Of a stretch of 64,000 bases of DNA, positions 46,941 through 60,871 are shown piece by piece (position 1 is the stretch's first letter; each line of letters opens with the position of its first letter). Under the pieces are notes generated by a model that did not search any database, had not been told where the DNA came from, and saw only the letters and a program-made list of their open reading frames with translations. A program made the translations under genes and the position numbers. Location: assembly GCA_028534125.1 (NCBI GenBank), contig CM052816.1:99264001-99328000 (forward strand), in the 5' to 3' direction. This DNA is from Lama glama. Taxonomy: Eukaryota.

Positions 46941-48319
46941 AATGGGGGGTTTTGCTAAAACCAATGCCAGGCTTCAGCCTAAATCACTCCTCAGAACAAG
47001 CTGTGAAGGTAGAAGGCATACAAATCAGAGTCGCCCTTCTCCTTTAGAGAGCCGCTCCAGTCTGTTTTGTAGCAAGAGCTCCAATCAAAGTCCACCTTTG
47101 TTTTAAACTGGAAAGAAAGAGTTCATTCTTGCCACTTCAGTTAAAAACCACTCAAAGCAAAGCCATAGAGGCTTTGATGGGAACTGGCTGACTTCTGCTG
47201 GGACAGTAGCATAATGAACGCGCTGTTACAGGTTGGCTTGAGAGGATTGATATGTTCCTTGCTAGATTTTTTTTTTTCCCCATAACCTGTACTGGTTTAA
47301 TCCTGGAGATCTGGGTACACACCCTTTAGTTACTATAACTGTGCTGTTGAATCTCAGAGAACATAAAAATTGCCCTTGAACATTTTGCTCTAAGATAAAG
47401 TGTTTTTTCTTGCCTTTCTGATACTTTAAACTACATTTCATGGTAGTCACCATGTTGAACATGCCTTCTTCCCCTAGGGGTGTTTTCATCACTAATAAAT
47501 ATTTACGCATTTCAGAAATACTTAAATATGTTATTTAGTTTACCTCAAACATTGAAAGTTTCTTTTACCATTAGTTGTAAAAGATTTTAGTTATGTTAGT
47601 ATGATAAACAGGTTAATGTTTGAAATGTAAGACTTTTTCTCTGTCACAGTCATCTGTAGAGTCATATATCATCGAGTGATAATTTCCTCTAAAAATGTTT
47701 GTGAGCAAAGATGACACTTTATGATTATAGAGTCAGGTTTTTTTTTGTAATAAGTGGCATAACATAATTATCAGGTACAAGACTATCATCTACTTATTAC
47801 TCTATTTAAGTCTTTTTTGTTAAGCCCCAATTATCCTTTCTGCCCTTTCCGCTCACAATCTTCTCACTGGAATCTGTTACAGCAAGGCTTGTGTGTCTCC
47901 ATCACCATTTCCACCTTTTGTGCCAAGAGAAGTTCTTAGAAAGAGTAGGTTCAGAATCCATCCTTGTTGTGAGGATAAATAAATGCATGAAAGAGTGTGT
48001 AGAGATGCAGCAGGAACTATAAAAGTGCTGGCTGGGAGTCAAACGCATTATATTCACAGTCCCATCTTTGACCATCCGCACTTGGGAAACCGTAAACTAG
48101 CCCTTGACTTTATCCAAAGTTGTGGATATTGTGAAAATAAGCATTCTGGACTAGAAATCCATTCCTTTGCAGTTCAGGAAACTGAAGCGTAGAAAGACCA
48201 CTTGCCATGCTTAAGCTCGCAGGATGTCAACCAGAAAAACGGGTCTAGGAACTAACTCTTCAGCCCCAGGTCCAGGAAGGCCAGCACTGGGATGTTTATG
48301 TAGAACAGAAAGCACTGGT

Positions 48320-48500
48320 TCTCCAGCAAGAAGGTATGGACTCAAGTTCCAGCTCTGTGAACACAGGCATACTTGTTTCCTGAGTCCCAATAGCTCATCT
48401 GGTAGCCGAACCAACCTCGTAACGCTATGAGGATTAATAAGGTAGGATCTAGTAGGAATTGTGCACAGCACTTGGATATGTAATTGCTCAAAACCTCATT
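48320..48500 (+). mobile_element. MIR SINE (further MIR scraps at ~47960-48040 and ~48160-48230)
   Basis: 'ggactcaagttccagctctg...ctatgaggattaa...gtaattgctcaa'. Confidence 0.6.
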
Positions 48501-48662
48501 TCCTCTACTTTACCCTTCACTTTTTTCCTTCTTCCTAAAATGCACCCAATGCTTGGTCTTGAGAATCTTCCTAATTTTACTCTATAATTTGACATGAACT
48601 ATTACAAATCATTTCATAACGCAATTTGTTTCTTAAAAGTAAAATCTGCTGTTGACCCTCTT

Positions 48663-49135
48663 TATGGTAGATATCTACCAAGATGGATCTCAATGATCCC
48701 TTCCTCTTTGTATTTATGCTCTTGTGTAAATCCCCTCCCCTTAAATGTGTGATAATCCTATTGATTCACTTCTTATGAGCAGGCAGAACAGAAGTGATGG
48801 GATTTCACATCTGAGATCAGGACACAAAAAGACAGTAGCTTTCACCCTGATGACTCTCTGAGTCTGTCCTGTTATCAACAGGTGCTGTGCCATGGGGCCA
48901 CTCAGGCACCCAGTGGAGAGGCTGGACAGTGGATTATCCAGGCCCAGTAGAGCCCTGAGATGCCACAGCCTTGGATGACAGCTTGATTGTGGCCTCATGT
49001 GACTTCACACTTCATGTGACTTCAAGCTATACCCAATGTCCAGACACCCATAAATTGTAACATAATACATCTTTGCTGTTTTGGACCCTCAGTATTTTGG
49101 GACAATTTGTTACACAGCCCTAGATAACTAATACA
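48663..49135 (+). mobile_element. MaLR solo LTR (MLT1E/F-like) with 5-bp TSD
   Basis: Starts tatggtag (decayed TG), contains 'tcccctccccttaaatgtg', ends 'ttgttacacagccctagataactaataca'. Flanks are ctctt / ctctc. Confidence 0.88.
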
Positions 49136-51755
49136 CTCTCCTACAGCAGGTTACAAATGTTTGGTTTGAATAATCATTTATTTCTGTAGGTTGTTCTCAG
49201 TTTTTTTCTTTATTTTGGAATTAAAGCTAGATTTTGATATATACAATGCATAGATGACAAGATTAATATACACACTTTCAAGAGTGGCCATATTAGTGAC
49301 TGATAGAAAAAAAGAGGCAATTTAAGACTTGAACTTAGCTTGTAAAACTGATATCATACATCTTGGTTTATAATATGGTTACTAGGTTAATATCATTAGG
49401 ATATTTTAAAACATCATAATTGCATTTAATCACGACATCATTCTTTCATTTATTTAACAGATATTTGTACAGCATTCCACTAAGTTTTAGCTACTACAAC
49501 ACTAGAGATAATTAGGACTCAGAATTTTCCCTCAAGGAAATCAAAGTTTGCACATTGACTTTTTTGTTTCTTACTTGTCCTACCTAGCAGATCTTGAAAA
49601 TCTTCCAAAGAGTCTAACGGGAAATTGATGGTAATAATTAGCACCTTGAATTATGAAACCATCTAGATTAAGTAGGAACAGCCTATTGACAATCATCTTC
49701 TTTAAAAGTATTCTTTTCTTTTAGCCAAAGGAAGGTTTGTATTTCGGGTACAGACAACTCAAAATGGTTACATACAATCAAAACCTGGTTGGGAAAAAAA
49801 AAAAAGAAAAGGTAAAAAGAGAATTTCTTGTGAGAGCCCTGAACAGATATCTGATGATTCTTGGAACAGCCCTGGAGATGTCAAAGATGATAATACAGTA
49901 ACAACATTTGGGAAGTATTTCTAGTCTTACAGTTAGCCTTTTGGCAGGAATTTATTAAGACAGAATAAGCCTGTGACTTTTCAATTCCGCGTACAATTTG
50001 TTTCTCTAATCCATCCACAGGAGTAATGTGTGATGGAATTTTTCCTTCCCGGACCCTCCAGTGGGGATGATGATAAGCTATAATGGGTTCTCACAGGCCA
50101 TATCTCAGCAATATAAAACACAACACATGTACATCTGTGGCCCAGTGTCAGTGCCTTAAATGTACATCAGAAATGCATTAAATCTTCTGATTGCTACTCT
50201 GTTTGTACAGCTTGTTGGTTCAGATTTTCTCCTGTAATGTACTCTGCTGATTACCTTGAATTATCGGTATATCCATGGTAAAACAAGCACACCTTGTTCA
50301 GAAAAACAGTCATATGGATGTGGCTTGAGCCCTTTTGGTGCGAGCAGAAACAACGGAACTTTTTCTTGGAAGTTAACACAGATAACCATGTGCTTCCTTA
50401 AAATCACACCTCAATAGCATGTTTACTTCCAGGTAATCCTCTCTTCAGCATGGTCCTCCCAGAAATTCTCAAGATTCTTAGTACTTGATAACTGCAGGTG
50501 ATGCACGCATATGCAAATCTCTCTCCTGGAAGGGGAGGAAGAGGGAAATGGTTTCTGGGCTGGTCTGTGCGCCAAGCAGGAAGAATGTCCCTTTGTCTTT
50601 CAAGGTTTGATTTGAACAGTGTGCAAATACATTTCAGCACACAAAATGTCAAGCAAAAATGCTGCAATTTTTTTTTGGAATCTAGCTGTGTCATATCAGT
50701 AATGGCTAACATTTCTGAACCACAGCAATTCAAATAATATTTTCATGTTCAATATCTTTACTGCCATCAGAGTATCTATGCTGAAGTACACACTGCAGCT
50801 GTCAGTGCATGCAAATGAACATCATCAGGGTTGGTGGGTTATTTTAATAGTACTGTCAAGGAGTGAGTGTGTGTGTGTGTGCGTGTGTGACGTACAAGCA
50901 GTCATCACGCCACATCCTTTAGGTGGTTGTTGTTGTTGTTGTTTTTGAACAGTTGCCTTCAAGGTACTCATTTTATTTTATTGTTTAATATGTACTTATG
51001 CATATGTATATGTATAATTGAATCACTTTGCTGCACTCTGGGTTGGTTTTTGAATAGTGAAAATAGATTGACCAGATGTAGCTGCAACTTTTGTCCCTTT
51101 TCTCTTAGGCTGGGTGACATGAATTTGTAAAATGTAGTGATGAACTCAGTGGCCAAGGACAAAAAATAAGGCAACATTAACAAACCAGGAAGGGGATCTA
51201 CAACATTCATTATCATTATTGTATTAATTATACGGAGCAGAAAAGAACTAAGGTCTTCACCCTGATATAACCCTGCTTTAAATGAAATGTTAGATTCTTA
51301 AGGACTGCTGTCCTTTATTATTGTAATAAGCTGTAAAGACCAATGATTCACCGAAGTAGCTGTTATTCATTGAGTGGCTTTGCCTTTCTAGCTTCTGTGC
51401 AGGACAAATTGAGGAAAAACGGGATCAAGGAGGAGTCTGTCCTTGGAAAATTAAAAAAACAAGTGAGAAAAACAGCAAACAAGCAAATTCGCAGAAAGTA
51501 GCAGAGTGTATCAAGAGAGCAAACTGGGAACCAGAGCTCACGCAAAGTCAGAGTCAGCCCCAGGGAGACCGGGGACCAGCAGGTGACGAACGCGGTGGGT
51601 GTGGGTGTGGGAGGAGGTGAGAAGTTGTTATTAGAAGTGATGCATTTCTCTCCAAATACGGGGCAGGGAAGTGAACACTCAGGGCATTTTGAGTTTACTC
51701 TCTTAGCATTTGCTTTATTTGTGTTTGTTTTCCATAAAAAAAATAAAAAACTTTA

Positions 51756-51925
51756 GAGGGTAAGGTATAGCTCAAGCGGTAGAACACGTGCTTAGCATGC
51801 AAAAGATCCTGGGTTCAATCCCCAGTACCTTCTCTAAAAATAAGTAGCTAAACCTAACTACCTCCCCTCATCAATAAAAATAAATAAATAAAAATGAACA
51901 AAAGAAATTTAAAAAATAAAAAAAC
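51756..51925 (+). mobile_element. tRNA-Ala-derived camelid SINE (Vic-1 type)
   Basis: A box tagctcaagcgg, cttAGCat anticodon-loop remnant, B box gggttcaatcccc, A-rich tail. TSD-like taaaaaacttt / taaaaaacctt. Confidence 0.88.
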
Positions 51926-53780
51926 AAATTAAAAAACCTTTTAAATTCATTATTTTATTGGTGGGATATAAAATAGTAAGATGAAGTTATTCCATTGTTT
52001 TCTGATGGAAAATAACTGATAACTTTTGGAGATGGTAAGCACAAAGATGCATTTGTTCCTAATTTCTGAGTTGGTTGTAGAATCAGGCTTTCTCCAAGTG
52101 AGAGATGAGGAAGGCGAAGGGAGGGAAACATGGTCAGAGGCCCTCGTGGCGGGGAAACACCCTTCGATTGGTGAGGCTGGGGCACGTAGAACAGGTATGT
52201 GGTCTGAGGGACAGCAGTCATTTTAGAACGATAAGTCTACCGTCTGTGATGTCAACCAACAAGATACAGAACGAAGAGATCTTTCTGTGTATTGTAGGTG
52301 CTTAAACAAGGCTTCAGATTACTCTAAAATTCTTTCAGAAAATTGTGAGAGAAAAATCCCCTTAGTTAAGTGCATATATCAGAGTATTTTGGAATTTTCT
52401 TCTTATGAAACACTTCCTTGAATGCAAGTATTATTTCATAATTTAAAAAAAAAATCATCCTATGGTTGTTACCTGTACATATTATTAGTCATTGTGCTAA
52501 CAGGTAAAATTTAGGAGCCTGGGTTTGGGATGTCGCTGTTTCAGTACTTGAGCCAGACCACCCGAACGTTAAGCTGGCTATTGTCCCTGGGCATGGAAAC
52601 CCAGGGCGAGGGTGTAAATTAAGGAGATGTTGTATTTCACGCAGCACTGTCACAAACTTCAAAAACTTCAGCTCCGCTGAGTGAAGATATTCTGACTGCT
52701 AATATGCACACCTCCAGAGCCAGGCCATTTTGCTCCAGTGTATACACTAATTATGGCAGGCTCGTTCTACTCCTTGTTTGTAATTGGGGAAAACATTCTT
52801 TCTGATTTGATAAGAAACTGTTTAATTGGAATATTCTATTTTAATGATTGCTACATACAAATTGGTGCTCATTCATTGCAAAAGCAATAGTCCCAACATA
52901 ATCTATAGATTCCTGCTATTTTCTTAAAACTGTTCATTCAGTAAATTGCCAAGTTTTAATGAGTTCTTTGAACAAACTTCATTAATATGATTTGATATTT
53001 AATCAGGAGCTCTAAATTCATCACTCATTATAATTAAAAAACAGTCTTCTTTAAATGGAAATAAACTCTTATGGAACCAAACTGTTAAAAATAATGTAAT
53101 TAATGCCAGGAAGATAACCAATGGTGTTATTATTTAGCTATCTCTACAAGAGAAAGACATAGAACAATATTAAATGTGAATCCATAGTTATACACTTGGA
53201 CTGGACAAAAAATTAAAGTATAAAATCTTCTTTATTGAATTGGAAATAGTACAAAAATCAGGTGTGGGTATTGATAAATCATTATGAGAGTGATCACAGA
53301 TCAGACAACTAACTGGGTTACTGTGTGTATATGTGTATGAGAGTGTGTGGAAGACACACAGACAGAGAGAGGGAGAGAGAGGGGGGCTGAACTGTTGTAT
53401 CTACTGTACTAAGTGATCCAATCTTACAAAAAATCCCTCCCTGATACTTATTTCTCTACTTTTTCCATGATAATCTATTTTTTTAAATTAAATAATCACC
53501 TGAAACATAGCGTTCTAGCCTAGCTGTAGCCCCAAAGTTGAGCGATCTGAAGTGTCTACCAGTCGCATCCGGATTAAGCAGGAGGAGGAGAGAAGCAGTA
53601 AGACTGTGCCAACATCAGTTTCTCCAAGAGGCACAGAAGAAGTGCCAGATGCTTGCACTGAACTTACTGGAACTGGCGACTGGGGAAAAGGGTTCTGGAG
53701 AACATGTGAGTTCTTCAACTGCAAGGAGCCGTTTATACTTAGCACTTCCATGAATTGTTTTTTAATTAAAAAACATTTTT

Positions 53781-53878
53781 TTGCTTCTTTTCTTTTTAAT
53801 GGAGATGCTGGGGATTGAACCCAAGACCTCATGTATGCTAAGCATGTGCTCTACCACTGAGTTGTACCCACGCCCCCC
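53781..53878 (-). mobile_element. tRNA-Ala-derived camelid SINE (Vic-1 type), short form
   Basis: Minus strand ...gtacaactcagtggtagagcacatgcttagcatacatgaggtcttgggttcaatccccagcatctcc plus A-rich tail; 'cattttt' on both flanks. Confidence 0.88.
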
Positions 53879-55879
53879 ATGCATTTTTGATGTGATTTTT
53901 TTTTGGTAATATTGTTTAAAAAGCAAAGGTCTCTTTTTGTTTCATCTTCCATAACTGAAAACTGAACTCTGTGAAAAGCTGCACCCCTGGAGAACATTTC
54001 TTTTTTTATGCAGCATAATGAAAACATTGTCCAAAGCAAAAAAGCATTAATTTTAGAAATGAAGTAAAGAGCTTAACTCGGTGGCCTGCCTGCTTGGCCT
54101 CTGTGACTCACGGTCTTTTGCAATAGGCTTGGGACAGTACTTAGTACAATGTTTGCGCAGACTGGTTCCTGTTTGAAAAGCATTTCACTCAGTATTAGTC
54201 ATTAACTAGCCAACTAGCTTCAGCATGGTGGCAGGTGGGGCAAATTTTTCACTCGTGCTCAAGTGAACTGAGCTAAGCCCCTTGGGGACATGGTATTTGG
54301 TCAAAATAGTAATTGGGGGCGTGTTTAGGATTTACATGCAAAGATCTTTTTTTAATGTGCTTTATTTTTGTAACAGTTGGGACATTTTTGTAAACTCATC
54401 AAAACATTGTTTACTAATAAATGATTGATGAGCTAATGATTTACATGGAGGGATTTTAATATCTTTAAACTCTTGATAGTAATCTCTTTGTCAGTTCTAA
54501 TGTTAACATGAAAAGAAGAACAAGAAGGAGCAGGGGGGTGGGCAGGAAGAAGAGAAATGAAATACCATAAACCATTGGAGATTCCAAGGCCTTTGGGGGC
54601 CTCAAAATCTGAATCCTTGGATGTTCTGTTCTCAGCTAAACCAACTGAGACAACACAATCAAAGTTTCATAACTTCAGATTCATCATATTTAAAAAAGGA
54701 GGAAATACTTTCCCTGCCATCCTCACAATATACCCGACATCAAAATGCTCGGAAATGTTTAAATGACTGTTTATATATCGGCAGTTAATCATCTGGTTAA
54801 TCTCAATGTAATGAAGATTAAAGACATAATAAAAATAATAAACACAATGAATAAAAAACAAAACAAAACAAGACAGCAAGGTGAAGGATGCAAGAAAATA
54901 AAAAAGGACATAGCCTGGCTCTCGCCCTAATATTTACTTCTGAAATACAAATGCAAGCACTGTGAGGAAGTTTAAAGGGCATCTTTCTCCACAAGCTGGT
55001 GATGGGCTGGCCCGTTACAGCAGCTGACAGCCCCTGGTACACGCAGGAGGAATACACGAGTCACAGGAAATTAGGCGTGTGCAGTATTTTAACGTTAAAG
55101 AATTTGCAAGCCGTAGACCTCGGCACTAACGTCACAGAGACAGTTGAAGGGGCTCATGTTGAGTATGGAATTGTGTTTCCATAGTTCCTCTTAGACACAT
55201 CTTTCTTTTGCTGACTTTTCTAATGATCTCCTTCTATAAAAGTGTGTTTCCATAAAGATGTAGACATTTTAGGAGAAGTACTGCTACCAATGACAATACT
55301 GTATTTTTAAGGGTTTGAAATGTGTGAGTATTTTTTGAGGGGAAGGCAAGCCTATCACCATGTGGAAATACTCAGGCAGGCAAGCCTCCTTCGTGAACGC
55401 TTCGGGTTTTCAGAGACACGTGCAAGACAGCTCTCCTGCCTTCTGGGAAATTCAGACGATAAAGCCAAACCTGTTCTTTCAGGGGTTCACGGCACTCATC
55501 TGCGTGTGTGCATGCATTTGTGAGCTCTTCGGAAGTATGTAATTACAATAACCAACCATCCTGAGTCAGCGTGGCCTTGGGCTTGTGCTGGATGGCTAAC
55601 TTCTCTTTTTCTAATGCCATCGTCCTGGGAAGGGTCCTGCTCGTCCTTTGCTTCCTCCAGGTGGGGCTTTAGCCATGCTGACATGTGTGTCGGTCAGGTC
55701 TCGCTTCATTGCATCTTTCTCTTGAATACCCATGAAGGGCAATTTAACTTGGTTTGTAATACAGACTGGACTCCTTTGTGTAATTCGAGGAAGGAAATTA
55801 ATAAATAAAAATCAGCAAGAGGTTCTAAGCTTGTTCATTTTGACTTTCAAAGGCCAACAAATGCAACGCGGGGAGAGTC

Positions 55880-57020
55880 TATGTGTGTCAGTATTGGTAT
55901 CATCAGTCTGTCACCTGTCTCAGCATCCACGTCAGCACCTACATTGACTTCATCCGTATCTATTTCCACACCTAATCTAAGTTTGTGCTGATCTGTGTTG
56001 ATACTGACATCAACATTGACATTGACTTCTATCTACATTTGTGTCCATTTCTGCCTCTAGTCAATGCCTCTGTCTATACCTACATAGGTATAATTGCCAA
56101 TATCTACGTGTATATCTGTATCTAAGTCCATACCTAGTTTCTGTCTCTACCTATATCAGCATCAACAGCACTGATTTCTACATCTAATACATGCCTATAT
56201 CCATAACAACATCAATATCATCATGTGCATCTACATGTATATAATCTATGTCTGTGTCTCTGCATATCTTTATCTATACATTGATATAAATATATACGTT
56301 GGCATAGACATTAATTCTGTATGTGCATCTATGTCTATTTTAATATATAGATACTGGCATCAGCATGGCCATCTATATTGCTATCTGCATCTCTATATTT
56401 TTACGTATATATCTAATCTATGTCTATGATTATGTTTATGCCCAGGTAACCATCAACTAGATGTATATTAGTTTCCACCTCTCTCTCTCTCCATCTGTAT
56501 TCCATCTATGCTTGTGCCCTTGTCTATATCAAGTCCATGTATCTATACAATATCAATGTCAGTGTCAACATTGGTATCTATGTGTACATTTCTACCTAAC
56601 TTATGTCTTTATCTGGATTGACATTTACATTTTCAGGTGCTCATATACATCTACAAGAAACGCAAATCCACACCCACATCTATCTGTCTATCTTTCCATC
56701 TATTATGTATTTATAGCTAATCTCTATCTGTATGGACTTTGCCACCTACATCTACACTTGTATCTCTATCTCATCCGTGTTTGTCTTTTATCCGTTTCTA
56801 TGTCTATGTTGGCGTTGACATTAGCATCAGCATCCACATCTGTATTCATTTCTATACCTAATGTGTGTGCATATACATAGACTTCTACACACACATATGC
56901 ATATACCCAACTCTGCATCTACATCTATATCCTTTCTATTGATATTATTTACATCTATAGCTCTATATATCCACATAAACTTATATAAAACTTTATCTAG
57001 ATCTATAACCTCCATTAACA
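55880..57020. repeat. Decayed hexamer-like low-complexity tract (TATATC/TACATC/TGTATC variants), ~1.1 kb
   Basis: G-poor plus strand with recurring tatatc, tacatc, tctatc and catcta units. Confidence 0.8.
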
Positions 57021-58549
57021 TAATGAGCTATTGAGGGCTTCACACATGTTTCCCTGCCCTCGATGAGCACACGGGGCAGGGGGATGTCACCTCTCCCTCC
57101 CTACCTCACAAATCAGCTTTTCCTTCCCCTGAGCTAGGAAGGAATTACAAGGATCTAGTGTTCGTAATTTACCAGAATGTGACGGAATGTGGTCCCAGAG
57201 TCACTGAAACATACTGGAGCATCTCTGCAACGTTCACTTGCAGCATTTCTATATGCGGCGGCATAGAATTAATAACTATTAGAGAGACTGGCACTCCATA
57301 GTGACAAATAAATGTTTGCTGGACATTGTTGGATGAGAGGGAGGTCTGATTTTTATGTAGCTAGCAAGCTGTCCTAGGGCAGATCCAACTTGGCATGTAT
57401 AGTGGACAACACTGGGTGGCACACTGCCGAGTGTGCTCCTGTCCCTACGTATTTGAGTGGCCAGTGCTATGTGCTAGGGACAAAGACATTTTAAAGCACA
57501 CTTGTTGAAGGAGAAGAGAGAAGATTAATAAAGGCTTCTTTTTCCTCCAATATCAGTGTTAATAAAAGGATTGCACATTTTTTCTTATCCATATGCAATT
57601 AAAAAGTGTTTATCTTTAAGTACATATATCTTCAACTACGCAGAATATTAAATAAAGTGTTTCTTGTTTAATTGCTTTGGACACTTTCCTGGAATCCAAT
57701 GATACTATATTCTCAAACCCAATCTCTTACAAAATATTTAGCATAAAAAAGCAGCATAGCTTTTGTTGGAGAGGATTTAGGGAACTTCAGGGCTTTGGAC
57801 AGGCAAACCCTACATTCCAGGCTCAAGGCTGTTAGGCAGTGCCTGTTTTCTGTTTCGTTCTTGTCTTTCCTGGTATTTTAGTCTGTGGCTCTGTGTCTAA
57901 CCTTCCAGCTCTCAGCTTTGAATTCCAGTGCTTGACAGCTATTTCTGAAACACACTCTCTACCTGGGCAATCTCTAGGGGAGGGTAATGCTAAAGTCGGT
58001 CCATCTGATGTGAAAAGAACTGAAGTCCAATAATTCTGCCGTGTGTTTATCCTAAGTTTGCCTTTGGCTCAGAATCTGCCTCTGCCTTGTTCCTGGCTTG
58101 TACTCTGGGTGGACTCCAACTCAAGCTTTGGTCTCTTTGGGAGAGATGTGGTTACAGCTCAGGGTAGGGAACTTCCTGGCACCTGTAGTCTCCTTGAAGG
58201 TGGTATGATGTACAGGGCTAAGATTGCATGCATCTCTGCAAGGCATCGCACATTACTGCCTTTTCTACAGCATGGCAATCTTATGTGTGCATTGGGTCCA
58301 GAATAAGTTTGGGAATCTAGAGTGGAGTAGAGCCTCTAGAAATGGAGTAGGACCTCTAATAAGAATGTTCTGTTTTTTTTAACTTCCTCTCTGTCTCACT
58401 CCCCTTGAGTTTTGCAGCTGTATCTCTTGAGAAGGCCAAAGCTTTTACAGCAAGTGATAAACTCAGTATCGCTCTTCCAAGGTGCCTCTTTGTCTCAGTC
58501 CTTTCTTCCTTTTAAATCTTCCCCCACCCCAGTGTCGCGTGGCCTTGAT

Positions 58550-59061
58550 AGATCCAAGCTTAGGCAGGCATGTGATTGGGCTATGCGTCTTCTCTGTAGA
58601 GCCCCCACCTGCTCTCCACACCGTGCTAGCTTGTCCTGTGCTCAGGCAAGCTGAGTAGCGTGAGCTGCATCACTGGGTTCCTTTACCCTGTAGCTCACCA
58701 TGAGTTCATCCAGGAGGGAGAACCAGCAGCGATCGGGAGGGAACTCAGGGAGCAAGGCTGCAGCATTCTTCCTGGGGGTGATTCCGGGGCTAGCTGTGTC
58801 CCTGAAGGGCAGGCTACTGATCCAGATAGCCATCCTGGGACACACCGCCCTTTATCTGGTTCCAGGAGCTGCCTTCCAGTGGTTCTTCAGTCTTTGCAGA
58901 CGGGAACGGAGCCTGGCTGTTACCAGCTTTAGATGTTGCACTGTCTCCATGATTCCCTGAAATCTACTCATACCATTATAAATAACCTTTAATTAAAGTC
59001 TTCCCAAATTATCTCATTTTGAGTGTGCCTTAGATTTCTTACTGGGGCTCTAAGGGATATA
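58550..59061 (+). mobile_element. ERVL-type LTR remnant
   Basis: Terminus 'attaaagtcttcccaaattatctcattttgagtgtgccttagatttcttactggggctctaagggatata' resembles old ERVL LTR ends. 5' boundary uncertain. Confidence 0.5.
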
Positions 59062-59186
59062 GTAACCCTTGAGGTTGGTCCCAGGTAACCTTTAGAATCT
59101 TAGATTTTAGTGTTTGATCTCAGCTGGACATTAATCTCAAGTGGGCTTTGAGTGAACAATATAGTTATTTTAATTGACCTCAGAGT

Positions 59187-59860
59187 TTATTCACTCATTC
59201 ACTCATTCATTGATGTGTTCTGTCCATAATGTTGACTGAGCTCCAGCCCCTCTTCTAGCAATGAGGTGCACACACCTAGAGCCTGGTTTTATGGGGCTTA
59301 TGTTTTCATGGACTAAATAGACAAAAACAAACAAAAATATAAATGTATATAAAATGGTGAGAAGTATTTTGGCAAATATAAAATAATGTAAAAAAATGGG
59401 AGTGCAAATTTGGGGCAGTTACAGTTTTGTATGTGGTGGTTGGGGAACGCCTTGCTGATGGCATCGTCCTGAAGGGAATGGTGATGACCCTTGGTTAGAC
59501 TTGAGAAAGAGGCGTCCCAGCAAAGGATGTAAGTGCAAAGACCCAGAGACGGGGCCTGACTCGCAGGCCCTGCACATGGGGAGGACTAGAGCGAGGACAC
59601 CGGTGAGAAGGGGTAGCGGCCAGTGCTGGGTCACGTCAAGAGAAGGCCTCCAGGCCACTGCGATGCCTGGCTTTCACTGGGAGCGATGGAGGTGGCTAGT
59701 GTAGATTTACCCATGGAACTGGCATATTATAATTCACCTTTTGCATGTACCACTCTGGCTGCCGTGTGGAAAATGGGTTTAGAGGAAGCAGAGAGCGGAA
59801 GCAGAGGACCCACTGGGATACAACCGCAGTAATACCGCTGGTGACCTTGGCTGCTGTAGT
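59187..59860 (-). mobile_element. L2 3' end
   Basis: (TTCA/CTCA)n tail 'ttattcactcattcactcattcatt' followed by antisense L2 body ('aagtgcaaagacccagagacggg'). Confidence 0.8.
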
Positions 59861-60100
59861 TATGCTTCTGCTGGATAGATGCTCACCAAACTTCTTCCCG
59901 GGCACACAACTCAAACTTACCTTCCAGCTACTCTGCATCTAGGTGGCGCCATGCTTCTACTGTTCACACCAGTGTGAGTGTAAGAATCATGTTACTTCCG
60001 GTCCAAGGCCCTTGAAAGAGAATGTCCTTTCTCTATGTCTTCTTTCTCTCATCTCCTGACTGTTGTTTCATTGTCAATGAAACACATCTTTGAAGATGTG
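59860..60100 (+). mobile_element. Old MLT1 LTR fragment
   Basis: 'ccttccagctactctgcatctaggtggcgccatg...atgttacttccggtccaagg'. Confidence 0.5.
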
Positions 60101-60750
60101 GTAGGCTGTGGTTATTAAATTAAAGCTGCTGTGAACACTCATGTAGAAGTCATCATGTAGATGTATGCTTTGGTCTTATAAATACCTAGGATTAGAAGGA
60201 CTTGTTCATGTGTTGGGTGCATGGTTAACTTTTTAGCAGACTACCAAACTGTTTTCCAAAGTCAATGTACACGTCACATTCCACCAGCAGTTCAGGAGAG
60301 TTCCAGTTCCTCCATATACCCACTCGAACTTGATATGGTTAGTGTTTGTAAATAGAGTCATTCTAATGTGTGTGTAATAGTATCTCACTGCAGTTTTAAT
60401 TTGCATTAATGTAATGATTGATGGTGTTGAGCATTTTTTTTTTGTACTTACTTGCTTTCTATATATCTTCTCCAATGAAATGTTTAAATAATTCACTTAT
60501 TTTCAGTTGGGTTGTTTTTGGTTTTTGGTATGTGCTGCCTGTTATTTGATTGAATTGTTTACTTTATTATTATTGAGTTGTAAGAGTTCTGTGTAAATTC
60601 TGGATATGAGTTCTTTAATGGATAGTGGTTTTGAAAATATTTACTCCAAGTTTGCTTCTTGTCTTTTAACTTTCTTAATGCTATCTATTGAAGAGAAAAT
60701 GCTTCAAATTTTGATGCAGTACAACTTTTTTTCTTTTATGGACCATTATT

Positions 60751-60871
60751 ATTTTAACATTTTTTATTGATTTATAATCCTTTTACAATATTGTGTCAAA
60801 TTCCAGTGTAGAGCACAATTTTTCAGTTATGCATAAACATACGTACATTCATTGTCACATTCTTTCTTGCT
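60751..60871 (-). mobile_element. Very short young L1 3' tail with 11-bp TSD
   Basis: 'ttttaacattttttattgatttataatc...gtgtcaaattccagtgtagagcacaatttttcagtta' flanked by ggaccattatt / gggccattatt. Confidence 0.8.

Noticed and set aside
51756..51835. Functional tRNA-Ala(AGC) gene
   Set aside because: Mismatched stems, an A-rich tail and a TSD mark it as a SINE; the same holds for 53781-53878.
56223..57021. Tyr/Ile/His-rich ORFs
   Set aside because: They are translations of the decayed hexamer tract.
58324..58360. Short 20-bp-period duplication (also at ~9590 and ~48996)
   Set aside because: Ordinary two-copy slippage duplications with no larger array.
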